From: Anaeramoeba ignava BMAN
Taxonomy: Eukaryota > Protista > Anaeramoebae
Direction of reading: 5' to 3'
NCBI GenBank assembly: GCA_028826165.1
Contig: JAPDFW010000142.1
Location: forward strand, 1 to 64,000
DNA: 64,000 nucleotides
The notes under the pieces were generated by a model. That model was given only the letters and a program-made list of their open reading frames with translations, did not search any database and was not told the origin of the DNA. Positions 11,326 to 25,200 of this stretch are shown in pieces (position 1 is the stretch's first letter; each line of letters begins with the position of its first letter). A program made the position numbers and the translations under genes.

Positions 11326-14300
11326 ATGCAAAAATATCTTGAACAAAAAAATTTTCAACCAGTTGGAAAAGCAATTTCTGAGCCAATTAAAATTGAAAAA
11401 GAAGATTCAGAAGAAAAAAAATTGCTTCATAGTGGCAAAAGAAGGCCAACAAATCAATTACAAGAAATTCTTTCTGAAGTTAAAAATTTAATTGAAAAAC
11501 CAAAAGAAAAAATTCAAGATCCAAAAGAAATTCAAAGAAACAATGCAGCTATTCAAATACAAAAAATTTGTAGAGGTTTTCTTGATCGAAAAAGATTATT
11601 AACTTGTCGTAAATTAAAATTTATCCAAAAACTTTTTTCTTTTTTAATTATTGAATTTTGAAATTTAAAATTTCAATTCAAAAATTCAATTCAAAATTAC
11701 AATCATTATTACAAACAAATTTCAAAATTAAAATTAAAATTAAAATTAAAATTAAAATTAAAATTAAAATTAAAATTAAAATTAAAATTTATAAAATTAA
11801 AATTAAAATTAAAATCAAAATTAAAATTGAAAATCAAAATTAATTTTTAAAAAAAAAATTCAAAAATTAAAATTAAAATTAAAATTAAAATTTAAAATTA
11901 AAATTTAAATTAAAATTTAAATCAAAATTCAAAATGAAAATTAAAATTAAAATCAATATTAAAATTAAAATTAAATTTAAAATCAAAATTAAAATTAAAA
12001 TTAAAATTTAAATTAAATATAAATATTAAAATTAAAATTAAATTTAAAATTAAAATTAAATAGAGAATTTCGACCGGCAATTAAAAAGAGCTTTATTAAA
12101 TGAATTAATTGAAACGGAAAAAAACTATCTTCATCATATTGCTTTAATGCATACATATTATAGAAAACCATTAAAAGAGAAAAAATTAGTTAAAAACGAA
12201 TTACTAGATCAAATATTTTCGAATTCAGAACAACTTTATCAAGTTAATACACTTTTTATGAAAAACTTTTAGCAAAGAAAAAGTGATCCTAATATATTTT
12301 ATTATGGAGATATTTTATCAGATTTTATTCCTATTTTTATTAAACCTTATAGTCATTATGTTAATAATTATGATAATGCTTATAAAATTTTAGATGCTTG
12401 CATGAAAAATTCTTCAATTGCAAAATTACTTGCAAAAATTGCTGCTGATCCTCTTATTAAACGTTTAGATTTACAAACTTTACTTATTACTCCTGTTCAA
12501 AGAATTCCTCGTTATTCATTACTTTTTGAGGTATTTCAATTCAATTCAATTCAATTTAATTCAATTCAATATTCAATTCAATTCAATTCAATTTAATTCA
12601 ATTCAATTTAATTCAATTTAATTCAATATTTAATTCAATTCAATTCAATTTTAATTCAATTCAATTCAATTTTTAAATCAATATTCAATTTAATGTTCAA
12701 TTTAATTTAATTCAATTTAATATTCAATTTAATTTAATATTCAATTCAATATTCAATATTCAATTTAATATTCAATTCAATTCAATTCAATTCAATATTT
12801 AATTCAATATTTAATATTCAATATTTTTTTAGGGTTTTTTGAAATATACAGAACCTCAACATCCAGACTTCCAATTTTTAACTCAAGCATTAGAAAAAAT
12901 TAATGAAGTTGCACAACAAGTAAATAGAAATAAAGCAGAATCAGAAATGTTTGAAAAATTACTCTCAATTGAGAAACAATTCAAAGAAGAAAAAATTGTA
13001 AAAAAATCAAAATAATTAAGATTAAATAGACATTATTTTGTTGATATTCTTTCTAATCAATATAAATTTATATTGATGAATAATTTTTTAAATTAGGTTT
13101 TAGCTGAATATGGAAGAAAACTAATTTTCGAAAAGAAAGTTAATATTTTTTATCAGCAAAGAAAAAGTACTTTAATTCTTTTCTTATTTAATGATATTGC
13201 TTTATTTGCTAAAAGAAGAAAAGAAGGAAGATTAACTAAAAGACATTTAATTTATATTCGAAATCTTATAATTACTGTTAAGAAAAATGATCCAATGTGG
13301 ATTATTTTATTTCCTGCTGAAATTTTTATTTTTTGTCATGATGAAACTGAAAAAACTTTTTTAGTTGATACTTTTGTTACTGTTATAAATGATTTTAATG
13401 AACATGAAATTGATTTATTGGGTAGAAATCAAAATCAAAATTCATTTATAAAATTAAAATTAAAATTAAAATTAAAATTGAAATCAAAAATTAAAATTAA
13501 AATTAAAATGAAATTAAAATCAAAAATTAAAAATCAAAAATTAAAATTAAAATTAAAATTAAAATTAAATTAAAATTAAAAAATAAAATTTAAATTAAAA
13601 TTAAAATCAAATTAAAATTAAAATTTAAAATTAAAATTAAAATTAAAATCAAAATTCAAAATTCAAAATTTTAAAATTAAAAATTAAAATTAAAATTAAA
13701 ATCAAAATTAAAATCAAAATTAAAGAATTAAAAAAATTAAAATTAAAATTAAAATAAAATTAAATTAAAATCAAAAATTAAAATCAAAATTAAAATTAAA
13801 ATTGAAAATCAAAATCAAAATTAAAATTAAAAATCAAAATTAAAATTTAAAATCAAAATTTAAAATCAAAATTAAAATTAAAATTAAAATTAAAATCAAA
13901 ATTAAAATTAAAATGAAAATTCAAAATTAGGTTTTAAATTAAATTAAAAATTAAAATTAAAATCAAAAAAAGAAAATTAAAATTAAAATTAAAATTAAAA
14001 TTAAAATTAAAATTAAAATTAAAATTAAAATTAAAATTAAAATTAAAATTAAAATTTAAAATTAAAATTAAAATTAAAATTAAAATTAAAATTAAATTTA
14101 AAATGAAAATCAAAATCAAAATTAAAATTAAAATTAAAATTAAAATTAAAATCAAAATTTAAAATCAAAATCAAAATTAAAATTAAAATTAAAATTCTTT
14201 TTGATATCCTTTTCAGATACAATAAGATGGAGAAGATTACCAAACAAAGGAAGTGAAATTCCACCAGGACTTATTTGGTCATCATCTTGTATTTTAGATG

Positions 14301-17300
14301 AAAAATACTTTTTTATTTTTGGAGGACAATTATTATCAGGAGAAATTTCAAATCAACTTTATCGTTATGATTTAGGTTGAAATGAATTAATTTGAAAAAA
14401 AACATTTTTAAATAATTCAAAAACAATTAATATTTGATTTAATATTTTTTTTTGATTTAGAAAATGGAGAATGGATTGAAATGAAAGGAAAAGGTGATAA
14501 TCCTTCTCCTCGTTTTTCTCATTCAATGGTTGGTCTCTCTCCTTATTTATATATTTTTGGAGGAACAAATGCTGGTGTTAGATTTGGAGATTTACATCTT
14601 TTTTTAACTGGTTATTTATCCCAAAATTAAAATTAAAATTAAAATTAAAATTAAAATTAAATTTAAAATTAAAATTAAAAATGAAAATGAAAATTAAAAT
14701 CAAAATCAAAATCAAAATTAAAATTAAAATTCAAATTAAAAATTTAAATTAAAATTAAAATCAAAATTAAAATTAAAATTAAAATTAAAATCAAAATCAA
14801 AATCAAAATCAAAATCAAAATTCATTTATAAAATTAAAATTCAAATTAAAATTAAAATTAAAATTAAAATTAAAATCAAAATCAAAATTCAAATTAAAAT
14901 TCAAATTAAAATTAAAATTAAAATAAAAATTGAAATCAAAATTAAAATTAAAATTAAAATTCAAATTAAAATTAAAATTAAAATTAAAATTAAAATAAAA
15001 ATTAAAATCTAAAATTAAAATTAAAATCAAAATCAAAATGAAAATTAAAATCAAAATTCAAATTTAAAATTAAAATGAAAATTAAAATTAAAATTAAAAT
15101 TAAAATTAAAATTTAAATCAAAATTAAAATTAAAATTAAAATCAAAATTAAAATTAAAATGAAAATTTAAAATCAAAATGAAAATGAAAATTAAAATCAA
15201 AATTTAAATCAAAATGAAAATTAAAATCAAAATTAAAATTAAAATTAAAATTAAAATTAAAATTAAAATTAAAATTAAAATTCATTTTGAAATCAAAATC
15301 AAAATCAAAATTAAAATCAAAATTAAAATTAAAATTAAAATTAAAATTAAAATTAAAATTAAAATTAAAATTAAAATTAAAATGAAAATGAAAATTAAAA
15401 TGAAAATTAAAATTAAAATTAAAATTAAAATCAAAAACAAAATTAAAATGAAAATTAAAATTAAAATTAAAATTAAAATTAAAATTAAAATCAAAAAAAT
15501 CAAAATTAAAATCAAAATCAAAATCAATCCAAAATTAAAATTATAAAAAAATTAGATGAAATGGAATGGGTAAATGAACCACAAACAACTGGAGAACCAC
15601 CATGTGCAAGATCAGGACATTCAGCTTCAATATATTACAATCAAATGTGGATTTTTGGAGGAAGAGGAAATGATGATAATTATTTAAACGATTTATATGT
15701 TTTTGATGCATTCACTTATTCATGGTATAGAATTGAAATAGAAAATTCACCAATTCCTCCTCCAAGAGGTTTACATACTACTAACTTTTTTGGATCAAAA
15801 ATGTTTTTGTTTGGTGGTGGTTCTTTTACAAAAAGTTTTAATGATATTTGGGTTCTTGATACTGGTATATATAGAACTGAATTAATATTCAAAAATATTT
15901 AATAATATTTAATAATAATATTTAATAATAATATTCAATAATAATATTTAATAATAATAATATTTAATAATAATATTTAATAATAATATTTAAAAATATT
16001 TAATAATAATATTTAATAAAATTTAAAATATTTAATAAAATTTAATAATATTTTAATAATAATATTTAATAATATTTAATAAAATTAAAATAATAATATT
16101 TAAAAATATTTAAAAATAAATTAATATTTAATAATATTTAATAATAATATTTAATAAAATTTAATAAAATTTAAAAATAATATTTAATTAATAATATTTA
16201 ATAATATTTAAAAATAAATATTTAATAATATTTTAATATTTAAAATAATATTTAAAAAATAAAAATATTCAAAAATATTTAAAAAATATTTAATATTTAA
16301 AAATAATATTCAAAAATATTTAATAATAATATTCAAAAAATTTAATAATATTTCAATAAAATTAATAATAAAATTTAATAATAATAATATTTAATAAATT
16401 TTAATAATATTTTAATAATATTTAATAATAATATTTAATAATAATATTTAAAAATAAAAATATTCAAAAAATTTAAAAATATTTAATAATATTTAAAAAT
16501 AATAATATTTAATAATCCAAATTTAAATTTATAAAAATTTAATAATATGGAATAATAAATGAATTTAAAAATAATATTTAATAATATTTAATAATATTCA
16601 AGAAATAATATTCAAAAAAATATTCAAAAATATTTAAAAATATTCGAAAATATTTAATAATATTTAATAATATTTAAAATATTTAAAAATATTTAATAAT
16701 ATTTAATAATATTTAATAATAATATTTAAAAATATTTAATAATATTTAATAATAATATTCAAAAATATTCAAAAATATTTAAAAATATTTAATAATATTT
16801 AAAAATATTTAATAATAATATTCAAAAATATTCAATAAAAATATTTAATAATAATATTTAATAATATTTAATAATATTTAATAATAATATTCAAAAATAT
16901 TTAATAATATTTAAAAATAAATATTTAATAATATTTAATAATATTTAATAATAATATTTAATAATAATATTTAATAATATTCAAAAATATTTAAAAATAT
17001 TTAAAAATATTTAAAAATATTTAAAAATATTTAATAATATTCAAAAATATTCAATAATATTTAATAATATTTAATAATATTTAAAAATATTTAAAAATAT
17101 TTAATAATATTTAATAATATTTAATAATAATATTTAATAATATTTAATAATAATATTTAAAAATATTTAAAAATAAAAATATTCAAAAATATTTAAAAAT
17201 AATATTTAAAAATAATATTTAATAATATTTAAAATATCCCAAAAGAAAATTACTCTTGGAAATTGATAGAAACAAAAGGAAAATCTCCTGAATCAAGATT

Positions 17301-20154
17301 CGGTCATTCAGCAACAATATGCAAGAATAGACTTTATATCATCGGTGGAACTTCAGCTTTTGCAACTTTTCAAGACGCTTTCTTTTTAGATTTAGAAGAT
17401 TTTTCATGGAATCAAGTCAATGAAAAAGGAGAAAGATCAGTTTCACGATCAAAACTAACATCTTCATTATATAAAAATGATAAAATAATTACATTTGGAG
17501 GCAAAAAAGATGACTATAAAGCTATTTATTCAAACTTTATTCATCTTGTTGATGTTTCTTTCCAAGAAGGAATTATTACAAAAAGGAAAAAAAAGCAAAA
17601 AGAACAACAATTTTATGAGAATTTATTGATCAAAGAACAAGCAGAACTTCTTAAGAAGAAAAGTTCCATTTTAGGAAGTATTGAATATCCACAAAATATT
17701 CTTCATTCAGATTCTTTACAAGATCCAAAAAATATTCAAGATTTTGATCAAACTAATTCAGATATAACGAATGATCAAGATCAATCAAATTCAGATTTGA
17801 ATATGGATCAAGATTCTTCTCAAGAAACATATCATGAAATTGAAGATTTTATTGATTTGGAAACATTTCTTTCCGAATCTGAAAATCATTATCAAATGGA
17901 AAATCAAAATCAAATGGAAAATCAAAATCAAATTGAAAATCAAAATCAAATTGAAAATCAAAAAAAACCTGAAAATTTCGATCCAGAATATTCAAATCCT
18001 GTTTATGTAATGAAATATCCAAAAAATAGACCAGTTTCTGTTGCTTGGCAAGTTGAAAAATTTCTTTTTTTTTCGCATGTTTCAGATAAAAAAGGTTATA
18101 ATGATTCTGATCAAGCTCATTTAGAATTTGAAGATTTTAAGAAAAAATATGAACAAACAATACGTTCAAGTCAAAAAAATTTACTAGATGGTAAATTATT
18201 TGAGAAAAAAGAAGAAATTAAAAATGGAAATGAAATTAAAAATGAAAATGAAATTAAAAATGAAAATGAAATTAAAAATCAAGATGAAATTAAAAATGAA
18301 AATGAAATTAAAAAAGAAGAAATTAAAAATGAAAATGAAATTAAAAATGAAAATGAAATTAAAAATGAAAATGAAATTAAAAATGAAAATGAAATTAAAA
18401 ATGAAAATGAAAATGAAAATGAAAATGAAATTAAAAATGAAAATGAAATTAAAAATAAAGATGAAATTAAAAATCAAGATAAAATTAAAAATGAAAATGA
18501 AATTAAAAATCAAGATAAAATTAAAAATGAATCCAAAAAAACTTCTAAACCAATTAAAGTTTTTCATTTTGTTACAAATAGAAAAAATCCATTTCTTCAA
18601 AAAGAAACAGAAAATCAAAATCAAAATCAAAATCAAAATGAAAATAGATCAGTTCGCAAAACTCAATCAAATCCAAAACCTATTCAAGATATGCTTGAAA
18701 AAATATTTCAAAAAAGAAAAATTCCACAAAAAGAAAGAGAAACAAATCAAAAACAAATAAATCAAAATCAAAAACAAATAAATCAAAATCAAAATCAAAA
18801 TTTAAATCAAAATCAAAATCAAAATCAAAATCAAAATGAAAATGAAAATGAAATTCCAAATAATCAAAATCAAATTGAAAATAAAAATCAAAATCAAAAT
18901 CAAAATCAAAATCAAAATAAAAATCAAAATAAAAATCAAATTGAAAATGAAAATGAAAATCAAAATAAAAATCAAAATCAAAATCAAAATAAAAATAAAA
19001 GTAAAAAAGAAAAAGAAATGGATAAAAAAGCTCAAAAACAAATTCAAAAACAAAAAATAAAACAAGAAAAAGCTGAAAAAGCCAAAAAGAAAAAAGAAAA
19101 TAGAAAATCAAATAAAAAAGAAAATAGAAAATCAATTAAAAAGGAAGAATCAAATAAAGAAATTAAAGAAAAAGAACAACAAATTAAAAAAGAAAAAAAG
19201 CAAGTAAGAAGAATAAAGAAAATTACATTGAAAAAATCCAAATCAAAAAAAGAAGAAAATCAAAAAGAAAATGAAAATGAAAAAGAAAATGAAAATCAAA
19301 ATGAAAAAGAAAATCAAAATGAAAATCAAAATCAAAATGAAAATCAAAATAAAAATGAAAATGAAAATCAAAATGAAAATCAAAATGAAAATGAAAATCA
19401 AAATGAAAATCAAAATGAAAATGAAAATGAAAATGAAAATGAAAATGAAAATCTTAATTTAAATTTAAATTTAAATCCAAATCTAAATCCAATTAGAAAT
19501 CAAATTCAAATCACAAAACATCAATCTATTCATGCTGAATTACAAAATTTATTCCAAAAAAGACAATCTATAAATTCAAATAATCAATTTTTTCGACAAT
19601 TACCACAAAAAAGAGGATCATTATCACCAAGAACACATTCAACAGCATTTCCACTTCCAAAATTTCCTTCAAAAAAAATACTTCATTCACAATCTCTACA
19701 AAATCCAAATCCAAATTTAAAACAACATTTAAATGAAAATCAAAATTTAAATGAAAATGAAAATCAAAATGAAAATCAAAATGAAAATCAAAATGAAAAT
19801 GAAAATGAAAATAAAAATGAAAATCAAAATGAAAATAAAAATGAAAATCAAAATGAAAATAAAAATGAAAATCAAATTCAAAATCAAAATGAAAATCAAA
19901 ATCAAATTCAAAATCAAAATCAAAATGAAAATCAAAATCAAAATCAAAATCAAAATGAAAATGAAAATCAAATTCAAAATCAAAATGAAAATGAAAATCA
20001 AAATTTAAATAAAAATGAAAATCAAAATCAAAATCAAAATCAAAATCAAAATCAAAATCAAGTTAAAAAATCAATTAAAAATCAAAGATCAAGATCAAGT
20101 ACAATTCAATTCAATAGATCAGTTATCAAAAAAAATCCAACATTTAAAAAATGA
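11326..20154 (+). CDS. IQ motif - RhoGEF (DH) - PH - Kelch-repeat protein with long N/Q/E low-complexity tail (in-frame TAG at 12270)
   Basis: Exons 11326-11608, 12064-12530, 12833-12997, 13097-13421, 14217-14375, 14461-14610, 15556-15864 and 17246-20154 join in phase. IQ motif (IQIQKICRGFLDRK); DH (LNELIETEKNY, IFSNSEQL, YSHYVNNY, LLITPVQRIPRYSLL, HPDF); PH (LFLFNDIALF); Kelch repeats (PRFSHS, ARSGHSA...IFGG, PRGLHT, SRFGHSA). Confidence 0.85.
15865..17245 (+). repeat. 1.38-kb intron filled with (AATAATATTT)-type repeat
   Basis: GT at 15865, AG at 17244-17245; the interior is almost entirely AATAATATTT/AAAAATATT(T/C) variants. Confidence 0.9.
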
Positions 20155-20547
20155 TTAACAAAAAACAAAATTTAGAAAAACTTAATTTAGATAAATTTAA
20201 TTCCGTTTTTCTTTTCTTTTTCTTTTTTTTCCTTTTAATTCCACTTTTTTTTTTTTTAATTTTTTTTTTTCTCCTTTTTTTTCATTTTTTTTTTTCATTT
20301 TTGTTAAAATGTAAGAAAAATTTCTTTTTTAAAATATAAAAAACAAAAACAAAAAACAAAAAAAAAACGTTATATTTTCAATTTGAGAATAAATTTAATT
20401 TAAAAATTGAAAATAAAAATAAAATAAAACTAAAAATAATAAAACTAATTGAAGAAAAACAAAAAAAATTTTTTCAAACAATCAAAAAAAAAAAAATAAA
20501 AACAAAAACAATTTCCACTTAATAAGACAAATAATAATCAAAAATGA

Positions 20548-22071
20548 AAAATCGATCAGAATTTAAAAGAGAATTTAAAAGAGAATTCAAAAGAGAATTC
20601 AAAAGAAAATTCAAAAGAGAATTCAAATGAGAATTCAAAAGAGAATTTAAAAGAGAATTTAAAAGAAAATTCAAATGAAAATTCAAAAGAAAATTCAAAA
20701 GAAAATTTAAAAGAAAATTCAAATGAAAATTCAAAAGAAAATTTAAAAGAAAATTCAAAAGAGAATTCAAAAGAGAATTCAAAAGAGAATTTAAAAGAAA
20801 ATTTAAAAGAGAATTCAAATGAAAATTCAAAAGAGAATCTAAAAGAAAATTCAAATGAAAATTCAAATGAAAATTCAAATGAAAATTTATATTATGAAAC
20901 AATGGAAAAACAATTAAGAAAAGAAGCAGCAAAACAAGCAGATAAAATGATGGAAGAAGAAAGACAAAGAAGAATTAATGAGGAAAAAGAAGAGCAAAGA
21001 AGATTAGAAGAAGATATAAAACAATCAAAACGCAAAGTAATTGAATTAACTGAAAAAGAAAGAGAAGAAAGAAAACAATTTGATTTGAAAATTGATTTAA
21101 TGGAAAAACAATTAAGAAAAGAAGCAGCAATCCAAGCAGATAAAATGATGGAGGAAGAAAGACAAAGAAGAATTGAAGAGGAAAAACAACAACAAACAAA
21201 ATTTCATCTTGAATTATTGGAAGAATGGAAAAAAATTAGTGTTTTAATTGAAAAAGAAAGAGAAGAAAGAAATCAATTGGATTCAATGAATAAAAAATTG
21301 GAAAACCAATTAAGAAAAGAAGCAGCAAAACAAGCTGATGATTTAATGGAAAAAGAAAGACAAAGAAGAATTGAAGAGGAAAAAGAAGAGCAAAGAAGAT
21401 TAGAAGAAGATATAAAACAATCAAAACTCAAAGTAATTGAATTAACTGAAAAAGAAAGAGAAGAAAGAAAACAATTTGATTTGATGAATTTGAAAATGGA
21501 AAAACAATTAAGAAAAGAAGCAGCAAAACAAGCAGATAAAATGATGGAAGAAGAAAGACAAAGAAGAATTAATGAGGAAAAAGAAGAGCAAAGAAGATTA
21601 GAAGAAGATATAAGACAATCAAAACGCAAAGTAATTGAATTAACTGAAAAAGAAAGAGAAGAAAGAAAACAATTTGATTTGAAAATTGATTTAATGGAAA
21701 AACAATTAAGAAAAGAAGCAGCAATCCAAGCAGATAAAATGATGGAAGAAGAAAGACAAAGAAGAATTGAAGAGGAAAAACAAGAACAAACTAATCTTCA
21801 TCTTGAGTTATTGGAAGACTGGAAAAAAATTAGTGGTTTAATTCAAAAAGAAAGAGAAGAAAGAAATCAATTGGATTCAATGAATAAAAAATTGGAAAAT
21901 CAATTAAGAAAAGAAGCAGCAAAACAAGCTGATGATTTAATGGAAAAAGAAAGAATAAGAAGAATTGAAGAAGAAAAACAAGAAATTGAAAATTATGAAA
22001 AATCAAAACCAAAAAGAGTTGAAATTATCAAAGAATTCGAACAAAAAATTCATTCAAAAAATGAGAAATAA
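20548..22071 (+). CDS. Charged coiled-coil repeat protein (ENSK 4-aa repeats, then 66-aa repeats organised as a 198-aa higher-order unit); true start uncertain
   Basis: The ORF 20902-22071 extends upstream in frame through 12-bp GAGAATTCAAAA repeats to a TGA at 20545. The unit MEKQLRKEAAKQADKMMEEERQRR.. recurs every 66 aa in the pattern A-B-C-A'-B'-C'(partial). Confidence 0.65.
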   Translation, partial: KIDQNLKENLKENSKENSKENSKENSNENSKENLKENLKENSNENSKENSKENLKENSNENSKENLKENSKENSKENSKENLKENLKENSNENSKENLKENSNENSNENSNENLYYETMEKQLRKEAAKQADKMMEEERQRRINEEKEEQRRLEEDIKQSKRKVIELTEKEREERKQFDLKIDLMEKQLRKEAAIQADKMMEEERQRRIEEEKQQQTKFHLELLEEWKKISVLIEKEREERNQLDSMNKKLENQLRKEAAKQADDLMEKERQRRIEEEKEEQRRLEEDIKQSKLKVIELTEKEREERKQFDLMNLKMEKQLRKEAAKQADKMMEEERQRRINEEKEEQRRLEEDIRQSKRKVIELTEKEREERKQFDLKIDLMEKQLRKEAAIQADKMMEEERQRRIEEEKQEQTNLHLELLEDWKKISGLIQKEREERNQLDSMNKKLENQLRKEAAKQADDLMEKERIRRIEEEKQEIENYEKSKPKRVEIIKEFEQKIHSKNEK

Positions 22072-22232
22072 TTATTTTTACTTTTTTTTTTTTGTAATTA
22101 ATTGATTTGATTTGATTTGATTTGATTTGATTGAAGTTTTATTTTTTTTTTTTGAATGAAAATTGAAAATTGAAAATTGAAAATTGAAAATGAAAATTTG
22201 ATTCTTTTTTCTTTTTTCTTTCTTTTTTCTTT

Positions 22233-25200
22233 TTAGATTAAAATATCATTGAAAGTTGAATAAACTAATTCTTTTGTTCGATTGAAATCCAAATCTAAAT
22301 TTTCAGATTTTTCAATTAAATTTGGATTTGGAGGATATTTTTGATTAAGATCAATTCTTTGATGAAAACCACTTAAAATATTTTGAATGAAAAGAATTTT
22401 CTTTTGAATATTTTGAACAGAAGTCAAATTTTGGAGATTCAAAGAAACTTGATTCCAAAACAAAAGCAATTTTTGGATTTGTTTGTTTTGAGGATAATCT
22501 GAAAGGATCAAAGAAAGATTTGAAGAGAATTGAGGATTTTTGAAAATCAAATTTGAAATTCTTGCAGCCATTTCCATTGAATCAAAAAGTGGATCAAAAT
22601 CCTTAATTGGGATTTCATTTGGATTCATGAATTTTTGTATTATAAGAAGAACGCAAATATAAACAAGATTTTCTAGTTCATCAAGAATTTTTTTGTGCCA
22701 AATTTGTTTTTCTTGATGCGATCCAAAAGAAATATCGTTGAAAATATAAAGAAATAGCGATAAAGCATCATTGATATCAAGAGAGAGCATAAGCTTCATT
22801 GCGGAAACAAGGATTTGATAAATCCAATTGAGGCGAGAAAATTCACTGCGAAGTTTTTTGAATTCTTCGAGATCTAAAGGTGATTCAAGAATGCTTCTGT
22901 AAAGCATTGATACCAGTTTTTCCTCCTCTTGGATGTCCTGAATTACATCCGAGTCGCGCAGATTCGGGTTGAAAACATTCCTGAGAAGCTCGAATTTGGC
23001 GAAGTTGGTTTTTTCTTTTTCAAGCAGAAAATGAGAAAAACTTATTAAAGCCGTTGACTTGCTCACTTTCTTCGCGTTTTGTGTCTCCAACAGAACATTT
23101 TCAAACCGTGTGTTGAATTGCTGAACCATTTCTTTTAGTGTTCGATATGTTGATTCTTGTTCCGATTTAGTTTTCCATTTTGCCAAATCCTGTTCGAATT
23201 TGACGTTTTCTTCTTCAATTTCTTTTTGCAAGAAAATGGGTATTTTTTTTTTGGAATTTTCAGTTGAGTTCCCAAGACTCTTTTGAAGGTCTTTGGAGAG
23301 ATATATCAAGCAATAGGCATTTGTATTCTGTCTTTCTCCGATGGAGTTCTGGAACACCTCCTTCTCAGAAACATATGTGACTTCTCGATCGTTGTATTTT
23401 CTCCATTTTTGATTTTCTGGATCGTAAATATAAGCCCAATAATGGCCACTTCCAGCATAACCGCTGTGAACCAAAATTGAGTGAATATTGTACTCATGGT
23501 TTTTCATGTCGTCAAATACCTCGTTTAGACTTTTTCTTGTGATGTCAATTTGTTCCCGCAAATAATTCATTTTTTTGCGGATATTTTCCAGTTTTTTTTT
23601 GATAACCGCACAAACTTCCTCAACCTCCTTAAGTTTCACCTCCTGCTTTTGAATCAACTCACTGTTTTCTGGGTTGCTTGAAATTTCTGTTTTTATCCGT
23701 TCAATTTCCTTGGAATAAAAGATGTGACTTTTTTGGATGATAATGTCCAACGAAAAACCTGAATTTTGAAAGTTTAATAATTTATCAAGTGATTTTGTTA
23801 AGAAAATGTATCTTTGCTTCATTTCTTTCGACATTTCTTTCTTGCGTTTAGTTTTGTCAGCGTTTTCAAATAAAAGACGATCGAGAAAAATTTTTTTGTG
23901 GAAATGGAAGGGTTCATTTTTCTTAATTGGCTGTTGAGTTTTTTCATCATAATAAACGCGATGAACAAGAAATGTCAAAATATTCGGCGGCTCCAAAACA
24001 TATGTTGTTTTGTTTGCTTGTGTTTTTGTGCCGTCGGTTGGTGTGAATTCGATTTTTGAAGGATTTACAAAATCATCAATACTTGAGTCTAAATCTTTGC
24101 TGTCAAGTTCTAACATAATTTCGTGAAATGGTGTTTCATGTTGAATTGATTTGAATTCGTTTTCTTGGATTGCTTCTATTGTTTCCATGTATTTTCCGTA
24201 GAAAAAATCGGAAATGAAAGTTGATGTTTGAATTTCATTTTGAATTTCATTTTGAATTTCATTTTCATTTTCATTTTGAATTTCATTTTCATTATTATTT
24301 TCTTTTTTTCTTATTTCTGTTGCTAAATTGCATGCTTTTTCTATTTCTTCGCATAATAAATGTGAAAATTCTGTTACGTCTTGTTGATCTCTTGAGAAAA
24401 TTTTTGCTCTTTTTTCTCCGTTTAAAAGATTTACAAATAAAGTTGGATCCATATATTTTTGATTAGAGGATAATAATTTACTGAATAATCTTTGAAGTTC
24501 ATGAATTACTATAAATTTTAATTTTAATTTTAATTTTAATTTTTAATTTTTAATTTTAATTTTTTGAAATAATACTTTTCAAAGATTGAATTTTAGGATC
24601 ATTTTTATCTGGTTTAACAGAATTATTTAATAATCTCCATTCTGTTTCTGTTGGAGAAAAATTTAAAATAAAATCTCTAAATTGAGGAATATGAAAATAA
24701 GTTTGAAGAAGTGAATTAACATAACAAGTATTTCCAACATTTTTCAATCCAATATGTTGATTTGAAATTCTTTGTTTTTCATTTGGATTTGAAGGTTCAA
24801 AACTGATATTTTGTTGGAATTGTTGGAAAATCATTTCTTGAATTCTTGGATCACTCTTTTTATTTTATAAATAATTTTATAAATAATTTTATATTTAATT
24901 TTATAAATAATTTAATAAATAATTTTATAAATAATTTAATAAATAATTTTATAAATAATTTTATAAATAATTTAATAAATAATTTTATAAATAATTTTAT
25001 AAATAATTTAATAAATAATTTTATAAATAATTTTATAAATAATTTTATATTTAATTTTATAAATAATTTTATATTTAATTTTATAAATAATTTAATAAAT
25101 AATTTTATATTTAATTTTATAATTAATTTTATATTTAATTTTATATTTAATTTTATAAATAATTTTATAAATAATTTTATAAATAATTTTATTAATAATT

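Noticed and set aside
11658-15546. ORFs reading KIKIKI / ILILIL / FNFNFN (also at 18188-20008, 29168-29513, 36436-38912, 48654-49653, 50783-52417)
   Set aside because: They are translations of AAAATN hexamer microsatellites in introns or flanks, or alternate frames of NQ/NE exonic repeats.
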